Shown here: one piece after another, positions 29,218-37,669 of the stretch
Layout: each line of letters starts with the position of its first letter
Position numbering within the stretch: the stretch's first letter is position 1
Origin: a virus
Length of the DNA: 64,000 nt
Strand: one strand, 5' to 3'
Virus record (IMG/VR): IMGVR_UViG_3300030099_005362
The notes under the pieces: generated by a model
The model's input: the letters and a program-made list of their open reading frames with translations, nothing else
Told to the model about the DNA's origin: nothing
Database searches by the model: none
Made by a program: the position numbers and the translations under genes

Positions 29218-30429
29218 TTAAAATAGTTCTTTTATTATTTTTCCGGAATTAGCTATCTTCATAGGTCTTCCGCTTTTACTTGTATAAGTTGTTTGCAACG
29301 AAATACCAAGTGCCTTGCAAACGGAAGCCATGACATCCTGAGATGTATATGGTTCGGTTTCAACACGAGTACCGTCTGAGTTGGTTTCCCCAACAGCTAT
29401 GCCGCCCTTCATGCCAGCACCACCAACAACGACACTCCAGCTTCGTGCCCAGTGGTCACGGCCAGCGTTTTGGTTGATACGTGGAGTTCTACTAAATTCG
29501 CCCATCCATATGATAGCCGTATCCTCTAGTAGTCCTCTTTGCTCTAAGTCCTCTACTAAGGCACTCATGCCCTGATCGAGCATAGGTAACTTTGTATCTC
29601 TTAATGTTGGGAAGATGTTTTGATGGTTGTCCCATCCTCCTAAGCCCACTTCAATAAAAGGCACACCAACTTCTACTAGCCTTCTGGCCATCAGACACCC
29701 CTTACCGAAACTATTGTCTCCATATCTTTCTTTGACGTTTTCTGGCTCACCTTCAACTTTCATAGCATCCATCTCTGAGCTTGTCAAAACATTAAATGTT
29801 TTACGTAGAACCTTTTGGTGATCCTTTGCTAAAGCTCCTCTGCTACTATTGATAAAGTTAGTTTCTATTATGTCTAGTGCCTGTGCCCTCTGATAAAATC
29901 TTTGATCTATTTTCATATTTAGATTTCTGATTCTACCATCGCTGTTTACAACGAACGGCGAATATTCCGCACCTAAGAATCCAGCACCAGCACTTGGGCC
30001 ATTTACAGAGACAAACTGAGGTATCATAAGTTCTGGTTTTTCAAGCTCTTTAGATAACACAGCACCGTAACTAGGATGAACCATGTTCGGGTTTGGGACA
30101 TAGCCTGTGTGCATGTAGTATCTGCCACGCATATGATCAGCTTCACGAGTACTCATACTACGAACAATCGCCATGTTATGCATTTGCTTTGCCATCAGAG
30201 GCATGTGTTCACTTATTTGAACATCACCACTGGTTGCGATTGGCTTAAACGGGCCTCCCGTTGGTGCATCTGGTTTTAGATCCCAAATATCCATAGTAGA
30301 AGGGCCACCTCCCATCCATAAGAGAATGGCCGATTTACCGTTTTTCTTTAGCTGTTCTTCATTGGCCTTTAAGGTGCTAGTAAGACCCAACACGCTGGCC
30401 GTAGTAGCTAAAAAATCTCGTCTTCTCAT
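29218..30429 (-). CDS. DUF1501 protein 2 (Tat substrate)
   Basis: MRRRDFL, WMGGGPS..DIWDLKP, ARRLVEVG, GGWDNH, GEFSRTP, GRDHW. Confidence 0.92.
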   Translation of the reverse strand: MRRRDFLATTASVLGLTSTLKANEEQLKKNGKSAILLWMGGGPSTMDIWDLKPDAPTGGPFKPIATSGDVQISEHMPLMAKQMHNMAIVRSMSTREADHMRGRYYMHTGYVPNPNMVHPSYGAVLSKELEKPELMIPQFVSVNGPSAGAGFLGAEYSPFVVNSDGRIRNLNMKIDQRFYQRAQALDIIETNFINSSRGALAKDHQKVLRKTFNVLTSSEMDAMKVEGEPENVKERYGDNSFGKGCLMARRLVEVGVPFIEVGLGGWDNHQNIFPTLRDTKLPMLDQGMSALVEDLEQRGLLEDTAIIWMGEFSRTPRINQNAGRDHWARSWSVVVGGAGMKGGIAVGETNSDGTRVETEPYTSQDVMASVCKALGISLQTTYTSKSGRPMKIANSGKIIKELF

Positions 30430-31673
30430 AGTATTGCCTTTGCTTCTCCCTCTAGTAAATATCTCGGCCTTCCTCCATTATCTATTCTTTGTATAGACTT
30501 ATCTATACCAAAGTGGTCAAACAGAGTCGCCTGAAGATCTAATGGCCCTACAGGTTTTTGTGTTGGACTGTATGACCTATCGGACTCTCCAATAGTTCTA
30601 CCGGACGCATAGTTTCCACCAGCCATGAGCATTGGAGTAATAGATGGCCAATGATCCCTTCCGGAATTTGCATTTATTTTCGTTCTGCCAAATTCCCCCG
30701 TGACAACTAGCAGTATCTTTTTATTGAGACCACGAGACCATACGTCTTCAAGGAATCCAGATATAGCCTTGTCGATTGGTGCGACTCTGGTTTTGAGAGA
30801 GTTAGATATGTTGCTATGCATATCCCATCCACCATAATGAACTGTTATGAATCTCGTCCCATGTTCTACTAGCCTTCTAGCAAGAATCATTTGCTCGCCA
30901 ATATCGTTAGCTTTGGTAGATCCATACATCGCCCTAGTTTTATCGGACTCTTTGTCTGTTGCGAAAGCTTCTTTTGCGGATCCTAAGATTACATCGTAAG
31001 CCTGCCCCTTGTAAAAATCAACAGAGTCCGCACTTGAGCCAGCCACACTTCTGGCGTCTAGCCCTCTGAGTAGGTTCTTTCTGGTGGAAAATCTGTCTAG
31101 CTCAACTCTTGGTGTAAGGTTATCTTTGTTAGAGGGGTCAAATGGCTTATATGCTCCACCAAGCCAAGCACCTTCGTCTCCTTCGATTTTGCCCTGTTTA
31201 ACATAAGAGGGAACTCCGTTCTCTGGATGGTTTGCTCCGTACACAGCAGAAACCACTGAGCCAAAGGATGGATACTTTGCTATGGAGGTCGTGGTTCTCT
31301 CTGGGTTATAGTGACCGGTCATCATGTAATGAGTGCCCTGTCTATGCGAAGAATCTCTATGAGAGAACGAGTTTACTACATTTAGTTTTTGAGTATGCTT
31401 GGAAAGCTCAGACCAATCGGCACCTAGATTTATGTTAGTCTTAGGGTCGTAGATAGATCCATTTACAGGTCTCCATTCTACCGGCACATCTTCTGTTGGT
31501 GCGTGAAAAGTTTCAAACTGAGTCGGCCCTCCTCCTAGCCAAACCCAAACAACAGACACGTCTTCACTGGCTTCCTGTGCTATTGCCGCTTCTGAAAGAC
31601 CAGCCGCACTCATGGCCGTACCTATTCCACCTATCCTTAAAAAATCTCTCCTGTTAAAAGTGAAGTCTATCAT
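30426..31673 (-). CDS. DUF1501 protein 3 (Tat substrate)
   Basis: NRRDFL, WLGGGPTQFETF, ARRLVEHG, GGWDMH, GEFGRT, GRDHWP. Confidence 0.92.
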   Translation of the reverse strand: MIDFTFNRRDFLRIGGIGTAMSAAGLSEAAIAQEASEDVSVVWVWLGGGPTQFETFHAPTEDVPVEWRPVNGSIYDPKTNINLGADWSELSKHTQKLNVVNSFSHRDSSHRQGTHYMMTGHYNPERTTTSIAKYPSFGSVVSAVYGANHPENGVPSYVKQGKIEGDEGAWLGGAYKPFDPSNKDNLTPRVELDRFSTRKNLLRGLDARSVAGSSADSVDFYKGQAYDVILGSAKEAFATDKESDKTRAMYGSTKANDIGEQMILARRLVEHGTRFITVHYGGWDMHSNISNSLKTRVAPIDKAISGFLEDVWSRGLNKKILLVVTGEFGRTKINANSGRDHWPSITPMLMAGGNYASGRTIGESDRSYSPTQKPVGPLDLQATLFDHFGIDKSIQRIDNGGRPRYLLEGEAKAIL

Positions 31674-31695
31674 AATAAACCCTCTCTGCAAAAAA

Positions 31696-31887
31696 TTATT
31701 CTTCAGCTACTCGTAATGCGTTTGTATTGGGTACAGGCTCTGGGAGTATTTCCGAGTCTCTAGACATGGGCACAGGCATAGGAACCTGCTGTATTACTAC
31801 CGGAACGTGTCTTATGTGTTCCCAGACAATATATGTTGTAAGACATATGGAAACACTAACAAAAAAACCAAACCAGAAATTTTTCAT
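31696..31887 (-). CDS. Small single-TM protein
   Basis: N-terminal TM, Pro-rich tail. Confidence 0.55.
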   Translation of the reverse strand: MKNFWFGFFVSVSICLTTYIVWEHIRHVPVVIQQVPMPVPMSRDSEILPEPVPNTNALRVAEE

Positions 31888-31888
31888 T

Positions 31889-32563
31889 TTAACCTACCTT
31901 CTCCGGAAATAAGTCCGGAAACAAATTATACTTTACATTTTCCCAAAGTGCCCCAGAAATCACCATCGACGCATCATTGTCTGAGGGGTAGTGTACACCC
32001 TGTAGACACCTAGCGTAGCCAGCCAGCCCTATCCTCCGAAAGAAGTAAGAACTATACTGTGGATACATCGCTGCCATTTGATAGGCCGCAAACGCAGCAT
32101 AGGCAGTGTGCCCAGAAGGATATGCTGGTGTATGATGCGAGTCTGTTTCTAGTATGTTTATTTTTATGCCAAAGTGAGGTGCAAGCTGCTCTGGTCTAGG
32201 TCTATTGTAGATACCTTTTAAATTGGTGATTACCGGATCAAAGGTTTTATAGAAAAGATCTCTAAATTCCTGCCTATCAAAGCTGAGGTTTTTCTCCTCT
32301 AGGAAGGGCATAAAAAGATCTAGCGGATCTTTGTCAACAAGCATAACCAAAGAAACCTGTTCCTCTGTTAGTCTCTGGGTTATTTGAGACAAAAACTTTA
32401 GTTCCTTGAGGGTTATGGCAGAGGTATTCTTAGGTGGTTCCGGTAAAACGGTTTTCCATCCTATTGTTATCTCGTCGCTTACCTCCAAAGATTTTGGTGA
32501 TTCGGTGTATTTTATTGAATCAATCTTTTTGGAGACTTCTGAAACTATGTTGTTGGGATCCAT
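31889..32563 (-). CDS. PAP2-superfamily phosphatase/haloperoxidase-like protein
   Basis: KxxxxRPRP, YPSGH, RxxxGVHYPSD. Confidence 0.88.
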   Translation of the reverse strand: MDPNNIVSEVSKKIDSIKYTESPKSLEVSDEITIGWKTVLPEPPKNTSAITLKELKFLSQITQRLTEEQVSLVMLVDKDPLDLFMPFLEEKNLSFDRQEFRDLFYKTFDPVITNLKGIYNRPRPEQLAPHFGIKINILETDSHHTPAYPSGHTAYAAFAAYQMAAMYPQYSSYFFRRIGLAGYARCLQGVHYPSDNDASMVISGALWENVKYNLFPDLFPEKVG

Positions 32564-32597
32564 TTTTTTATTTTCCGTTTAGGTTGTGATGCACAAG

Positions 32598-32610
32598 ATT
32601 ATACACACAA
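32598..32610 (-). promoter_or_regulatory. Putative late promoter motif TTGTGTGTATAAT heading the PAP2/DUF1501 operon
   Basis: Shared TG(C/T)GTATA motif. Confidence 0.5.
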
Positions 32611-32622
32611 ACACGGGGTTTT

Positions 32623-33030
32623 TTAGAAACAATCCCTCAATACATCCTGAACGGTTGCGTGTCGGTCTTTTGACCCACAGCTATTAACAAGGTTTTTTGC
32701 ATCTTTTGCGGTGTGTCCCAGAGAACGCAGTGCGGCTACAGCATCCGATCCTATTGATGTATCAGAAAATAGCTCAACTTTCTGCTTCTTCTGGGGGGTC
32801 TTCTTGCCCTTCTTCTCGGCCCGCTCAACGGTTTTTGGTCGCGTTTTGTAAACACTCCGATAGACAACCCTGTCAACCTCAACGGGAACGTACTGCACCA
32901 TCGGCTTCTGCGGCCAGATCTCAATTATGTACGATAACATTCTGCAAAAAAACGCCAAGGTTATTGGTAGCGTAAAGCATAGTATTACCCAAAAGGCGAT
33001 GTCTCCATTAAATGTTCCTGTGTTTTGCAT
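32623..33030 (-). CDS. Membrane protein with RuvA C-terminal-like domain
   Basis: N-terminal TM; DAVAALRSLGHTAKDAK. Confidence 0.55.
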   Translation of the reverse strand: MQNTGTFNGDIAFWVILCFTLPITLAFFCRMLSYIIEIWPQKPMVQYVPVEVDRVVYRSVYKTRPKTVERAEKKGKKTPQKKQKVELFSDTSIGSDAVAALRSLGHTAKDAKNLVNSCGSKDRHATVQDVLRDCF

Positions 33031-33031
33031 T

Positions 33032-33262
33032 TTATACTTCCTCTTCTTTTGGCTTCCTGTATGTATTGCCTTTGTTCTGTAGCTTTTTAACTTCTTGCTC
33101 CAGCTTGAAGGTCTCTCTTTTTGCTTTTCTCTCTTTTATATTTTCGGCAAGTCTCGCATCTTTCTTTAGCTTGCCTCGTCTTTTTTTGGCCAGTTCTTTA
33201 GCTGCCTTCTTTTTTCCTCTCGCCAAGTCCTTCTGTTGTTTCTTTCTGTCTGGTTTCTTCAT
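33032..33262 (-). CDS. Small Lys-rich protein (start moved to MKKPDRKK)
   Basis: Highly basic and helical. Confidence 0.55.
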   Translation of the reverse strand: MKKPDRKKQQKDLARGKKKAAKELAKKRRGKLKKDARLAENIKERKAKRETFKLEQEVKKLQNKGNTYRKPKEEEV

Positions 33263-33372
33263 TGGGTGTCTCTCAATCCTATTAGTACGAGTCCGACATT
33301 TGCTAGGGCGTATGACATCCAAACCAGTGCCCAAGCAAAATCCTTCTTAAACATATAGCACACTGCGACTAT

Positions 33373-33403
33373 AAAATATAACGCCCCCACTAAGGAGGGC
33401 ATT
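33373..33403 (-). terminator. Probable terminator after hsp20
   Basis: AATGCCCTC...GGGGGCGTT hairpin followed by a T-rich tract. Confidence 0.55.
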
Positions 33404-33431
33404 ATAAAAATCAGCGAGTCCAGAGTTTTCA

Positions 33432-33845
33432 TTACTTTATTTCAATCACTTTAGGTTGTTTTTCCGGAGGAAGAACTTCTTCCAGTGATACCTTAAGTAG
33501 GCCGTCTTCTAGTTCCGCAGATTTTACCTCGATGTGCTCGCCAAGGCTAAAGGTTCTTTTGAATCTCTTAGTAGAGATCCCTTTGTGTAAGTGTTTTGTT
33601 TCTCCCGAAGGATCGTTGTATCCCTCTATAGACAGAACGCCATCCTCCACAACAACGCTAACGTTTTCTTTCTTGTAACCAGCTATCGCTAGCTCCACAA
33701 GGATCTCGTTTTCGTTTTGTATGATATTGAACGGAGGGAAATTGGTGCGTTCTACGTTAGACAGTCGGTCAAATATCCGACTCATTCCGATGGAATTAGA
33801 GAAGAGTTCTCTAAAGAGTTGTTCGTTTTTTGATAGTGCATTCAT
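33432..33845 (-). CDS. Small heat-shock protein (Hsp20/IbpA-like)
   Basis: NFPPFNI, ELAIAGY, LHKGIS..FKRTF, DGLL.V.L, IEI. Confidence 0.93.
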   Translation of the reverse strand: MNALSKNEQLFRELFSNSIGMSRIFDRLSNVERTNFPPFNIIQNENEILVELAIAGYKKENVSVVVEDGVLSIEGYNDPSGETKHLHKGISTKRFKRTFSLGEHIEVKSAELEDGLLKVSLEEVLPPEKQPKVIEIK

Positions 33846-33909
33846 ATTTTTTCTCCTAATTAAAGCGAGGTGTTTGACTGCCCAACATTAGGCACAGTCT
33901 GTATAAAAA

Positions 33910-34074
33910 TGGAAGGGTGGGATTGCCTTTAACATACCCACAAATTTCGGAGCCAGTTATGGCATTGTTCCTACTTTAACCACTATCTTAACCATGTATA
34001 GCACTTGCCCGTCCGGTTAAGCCTCATGTGCTGTTACCATCACTGGCTTACTCTCGTATTTTCAGCCACCTTCC
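33910..34074 (-). ncRNA. tRNA-like structured RNA (~165 nt; possibly related to the manA motif)
   Basis: 5' GGAAGG pairs with 3' CCTTCC-A; T-arm-like GTGGG/CCCAC with enlarged loop; long internal helix AGCCAGTgATGGTA/TGCCATaACTGGCT; consensus promoter upstream. Confidence 0.65.
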
Positions 34075-34104
34075 TTAGACTAGGAAGCTATCCCAGTCTA
34101 ATAT

Positions 34105-34133
34105 ATTATAGCATATTCAATGATCTTTGTCAA
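34105..34133 (-). promoter_or_regulatory. sigma70 consensus promoter for the ncRNA and hsp20
   Basis: TTGACA-17-TATAAT. Confidence 0.85.
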
Positions 34134-34279
34134 GTCTTTTTTCAATTTTTTCTTTGGTTTTTAGTAGCTTCTTTTTTCTTCTGTTTATTTTTTTGGCTTC
34201 AGAGGTTGTTATGTCTGGGTTATAAAGACGATCCGAAAGTATGTGGATTCTGTCCTCTATGCTCTTTATCTGTCTGTTT
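34117..34279 (-). CDS. Small basic coiled-coil protein (MNKINK...)
   Basis: Short ORF filling the gap after ssb. Confidence 0.4.
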
Positions 34280-34365
34280 GTCTTGTTTATTTTATTCATT
34301 TTTATAAACCTAGAACGTAGCGGCACCGCCGCAAGAACGAATGCCGCTACGAACAGGATTGCAGC

Positions 34366-34713
34366 TTACGACTGTTCCGTAGACGCTAGTTCACGACTAG
34401 GTTTTACAACTTTGGAGAAAGTGCTAGGAAGGATACTGTAAGAGGTGCGAGACACCCCGTTTTTGTCTTCCCAATTTCTTTGACGCAATCTTCCGTCAAT
34501 GATTACACGATCACCTTTGCTTAGTTGCACGTTTTGTGCGTAGGCTGCGTGACTACCCCATCCATCCACGTCAAGATACACGGTCTCTTCCCGACCGTTG
34601 CCAACAGATTCGTTGACTGCAATTCTGAACGTGACAAGATCCTTTTCAGAGATCTCTTTGTATTCCGGATCTTTGGTGAGGTTTCCCTTGAAAACTACTC
34701 TGTTATTAAACAT
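34366..34713 (-). CDS. ssb: Single-stranded DNA-binding protein
   Basis: NRVVFKGNLTKDPE, KGDRVIIDGRLRQRNWEDKNG. Confidence 0.92.
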   Translation of the reverse strand: MFNNRVVFKGNLTKDPEYKEISEKDLVTFRIAVNESVGNGREETVYLDVDGWGSHAAYAQNVQLSKGDRVIIDGRLRQRNWEDKNGVSRTSYSILPSTFSKVVKPSRELASTEQS

Positions 34714-34738
34714 AAAATTAAACTCCCTAAAATTAGAA

Positions 34739-34957
34739 TTAAGCGTTTGAAGATGCTCTACGGTAGAGTGCCTTCTTAGCTAGGTTACGACTTTTATCTA
34801 CTCCGTGATTCTTAAGTAGCGATCTTGCGATGCTAGAGTTTGACGTTCCGGCGAAAGAGGAAACAAATTCCTTTCCCGTCATATCGCCTTTTGCAAAGTT
34901 AGAAACAGTACTTACATTACGCTTCGTATTAAGAAGCGAGTTCCAATTTGTAGTCAT
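34739..34957 (-). CDS. Hypothetical basic protein
   Basis: GGAG RBS, TAATG overlap. Confidence 0.55.
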   Translation of the reverse strand: MTTNWNSLLNTKRNVSTVSNFAKGDMTGKEFVSSFAGTSNSSIARSLLKNHGVDKSRNLAKKALYRRASSNA

Positions 34958-35373
34958 TAAGACTCTCCTTTTCTTTTCTTTAAAGAAACACTAATTAATT
35001 TATGTGGACTATTATACATTCTGTCCAACATAGATGATTTTACTTCCTTACCCATGTATAGGAATTCGTATCCACTTGCATGTCTACCCTTACCTACAAC
35101 AACTAAGCCGTTTTCCTTTACGTGTTTTATTTGGTAAACTCCGGGATTTGTGAAATATAGCCTCTCACCGCTTTCCTTTAGATAGTAAGTGCCAGATCTA
35201 CCAACAACCCTGACATGATCTCCGGGGTTTAGTTCTTCTTTCCAATTCTCAACAAATCTTTTCTTCTTCTTATAAAAAACGTAGCCGCACTTTTTACATG
35301 TCGCTAGTCTTGCGTGACACTCTGTATTACAATCTGGGCACGCCTTTACCGGTTGTTTTCTTTTCTTCGCCAT
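34957..35373 (-). CDS. Zn-ribbon-containing hypothetical protein
   Basis: CPDC...CKKC; downstream of the promoter at 35411. Confidence 0.6.
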   Translation of the reverse strand: MAKKRKQPVKACPDCNTECHARLATCKKCGYVFYKKKKRFVENWKEELNPGDHVRVVGRSGTYYLKESGERLYFTNPGVYQIKHVKENGLVVVGKGRHASGYEFLYMGKEVKSSMLDRMYNSPHKLISVSLKKRKGES

Positions 35374-35410
35374 CTTTGTTTCCTCGCTTGGTCGGTTGGT
35401 CATTACTATT

Positions 35411-35450
35411 ATTATATATCAACTATCGTCGTTTGTCAATCGGTTATTTA
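35411..35450 (-). promoter_or_regulatory. Composite sigma70 + sigma28-like promoter
   Basis: TAAAT-6-TTGACA-aacgaCGATA...-TATAAT. Confidence 0.8.
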
Positions 35451-35962
35451 GATTTTTTCTGAATTTTTTCTGAGGCTTCTATCAAGTGTTTCGCAGATAG
35501 GTCGTCTTTTGAGATGAATATAAGGTCAATCTTTTCTTCAATCATCTTATATATATTCACGTAGTTTGGGGAGCTACTGCACATCTTTGGGTTGGAAATG
35601 TCTGAAAAATATATCTTTTCTATTCCACACTGGTAAAGCATCTGTAGGCAAGATAGGCATGGAATGGCCGTTATGTATGCCGAGGCACCTAATGTAGATC
35701 TACCAATCCTTACTGAATTATATATGGCGTTTGCTTCGGCGTGTATCATGAAGGGATATTTTTCGGGTCTGGTGTTTGGCAAGCAGTCGTCGTCTATATC
35801 TCTTATAAAGCCATTATAACCAGACGATATTACCGTTCTGTCTTTTACTAGAACACACCCGCATTGCGTTTGTGTATCGTGGCTTCTTCTAGACCATAGA
35901 GTAGCCTCTTCAAAAAATATGTTGTCCCAATCGCTTGGTTTCTTTTTATTTAATATTACCAT
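35444..35962 (-). CDS. dCMP deaminase (start moved downstream of tmRNA)
   Basis: RSHD..TQCG, GYNG, HAEANA, PCLSC. Confidence 0.9.
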   Translation of the reverse strand: MVILNKKKPSDWDNIFFEEATLWSRRSHDTQTQCGCVLVKDRTVISSGYNGFIRDIDDDCLPNTRPEKYPFMIHAEANAIYNSVRIGRSTLGASAYITAIPCLSCLQMLYQCGIEKIYFSDISNPKMCSSSPNYVNIYKMIEEKIDLIFISKDDLSAKHLIEASEKIQKKSK

Positions 35963-35973
35963 AATCCTAGCAG

Positions 35974-36314
35974 TGGAGGCGGCGGGAATCGAACCCGCGT
36001 CCTGCATTGATTCCATAAAAACATCTACATTGTTAGCCTGCTGTAATCGCACAACAAACAAAGCTATCCGATTATCGGAGTCAGATGGATTACCATCATC
36101 TCACGATTAATTCAAGTAGTGAGTCCTCTATCTAGGAACGGCCTAGCCCGTTCATGATTGGGCATGAAGGCTCATGAAGCCCCCTGCTGCTACGCAGCGA
36201 GTGCGAAATTCTCTTCGACACTTAAAAAAATATAATCGGTTTTTATACTGGCCAACCGATCAACCAGTCAATGCAGTCTTTACTTCCACAATCAGTCGAA
36301 GCCTAATCGCCCCC
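35974..36314 (-). ncRNA. ssrA: tmRNA, tag (A)VEENFALAA
   Basis: 5' GGGGGCG...TTCGAC; 3' GGACGCGGGTTCGATTCCCGCCGCCTCCA; G3.U Ala identity pair; TAAGT-GTC GAA GAG AAT TTC GCA CTC GCT GCG TAG. Confidence 0.95.
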
Positions 36315-36316
36315 CC

Positions 36317-36871
36317 TTATCTTACTTGTATTTCCATGTCCAGTAATCTTTCTATTTCCTTTGGTATTTTCTTTATTATAGTATGTCTATCGGGCTTTGT
36401 CAACTCCTTTCTTGAAGAAATTTCCACAATTCTTGCGTTTAGTACTTCTGGATCGTACATTGTTTGTGTTCTCTTTATCTGTTTAGAGATCACAACCCTT
36501 TCACATTTATCTGACTGGTCATAGTAATGAGTATACCATTTGTCTTTATAAAGATACGGAGAGATGCCGCTTGTTTTATTGAGTCCATAATTATTATTAT
36601 GAAGAGTAAAATAGTCTATAACTACATAGTCAGAGCCTTGATACCAATTTCCGGTAAGCTCACCTTCTTTTATCTCTGGTAGTAATACATTCTTGCGATA
36701 CTCCCAGAATATAACTTGGGTGAATTGCTTTTTAATCTCTCCGCTGTCACTATCTCTAAAATACTTATGATTAATCTCTATCATATCTACGTAGTCAACG
36801 ACAAAAGTTTTTTCTTTTGTCCCAGCGTCCAAGAAGACAATCAGTGTCAATATTTTGACTACGTTGAGCAT
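36317..36871 (-). CDS. Hypothetical exported protein
   Basis: Hydrophobic N-terminus. Confidence 0.6.
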   Translation of the reverse strand: MLNVVKILTLIVFLDAGTKEKTFVVDYVDMIEINHKYFRDSDSGEIKKQFTQVIFWEYRKNVLLPEIKEGELTGNWYQGSDYVVIDYFTLHNNNYGLNKTSGISPYLYKDKWYTHYYDQSDKCERVVISKQIKRTQTMYDPEVLNARIVEISSRKELTKPDRHTIIKKIPKEIERLLDMEIQVR

Positions 36872-36877
36872 CAGACA

Positions 36878-37606
36878 CTATCCAACACCCAAGAGCATCA
36901 TACTGCGTCCACCTCCGCCACCGGCAGTACCTTCTCTGAGAGCAATATTAGCAAATGCAATGGCATCAACCTCACCGCCAACCACGCTAATTGTGTCTAT
37001 CTGTAAGGCACCTACGGTCTCCGCTGAGACGGAGTTTTTCTGTATGCTAATCATTCCAACTTCTGAGCCTGTCAGTATTGCTCGTCTAGTATGACCCGTG
37101 AATGATTGTGCGTTGTCGAGCGTTCCCTCGTCACCGTTGTCGTTACACGCAGCAATTCTGAACAACTCATCATCAAATGAGTCTGTAGTACAGGACGCTA
37201 TATTGAAATACGGAGGAAAACCGGGGGTTTGATATTTTTTAACGTTGTCTTGGCCAGACCCTCTTAGCACAAGCGGCTGTCCTGTATTACATCCAGAAAA
37301 TCTATGAACAATAAATCTCTTGTCAGAAGCGTTATCAGTACTACTTGTAACTGGATTTGATTCAGAGGAAGTGGCTATCTTGTAAAAAACAAAGAAACGA
37401 CAAAGGTTTGTTCCAAAGTAAGCGTCTGTGGCCTGCTCATCGACAAGTTGTGTATAGCCAGTCGGGGTACTGAGTGCGAAGGCACCCTCGTGTACACCAG
37501 CAATAAGTATCAAATCGTTTTCTACCACTCCCGCAGGTAGGGCTATTGTTAAGCTAGTCCCCGATGTAAACGAGGTAGTTTGTGTGCCTTCTAATACTAC
37601 TGCCAC
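36878..37606 (-). CDS. Putative virion accessory beta-rich protein
   Basis: S/T/G-rich; C-terminal GGGGGRSMMLLGVG; late-type motif at 37651. Confidence 0.5.
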   Translation of the reverse strand: MAVVLEGTQTTSFTSGTSLTIALPAGVVENDLILIAGVHEGAFALSTPTGYTQLVDEQATDAYFGTNLCRFFVFYKIATSSESNPVTSSTDNASDKRFIVHRFSGCNTGQPLVLRGSGQDNVKKYQTPGFPPYFNIASCTTDSFDDELFRIAACNDNGDEGTLDNAQSFTGHTRRAILTGSEVGMISIQKNSVSAETVGALQIDTISVVGGEVDAIAFANIALREGTAGGGGGRSMMLLGVG

Positions 37607-37669
37607 TTTACTGCTCCAATTTTATTTTATGAAAACTTTTAAGCCACAATAGTATACACAATTTATCTT

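Noticed and set aside
33910-34074. Intron-containing canonical tRNA
   Set aside because: No recognisable anticodon arm, group I core or TTCG T-loop; kept as a tRNA-like ncRNA instead
35963-36061. N-terminal extension of dCMP deaminase in the ORF track
   Set aside because: Overlaps the tmRNA 3' end; the real start is ATG at 35962
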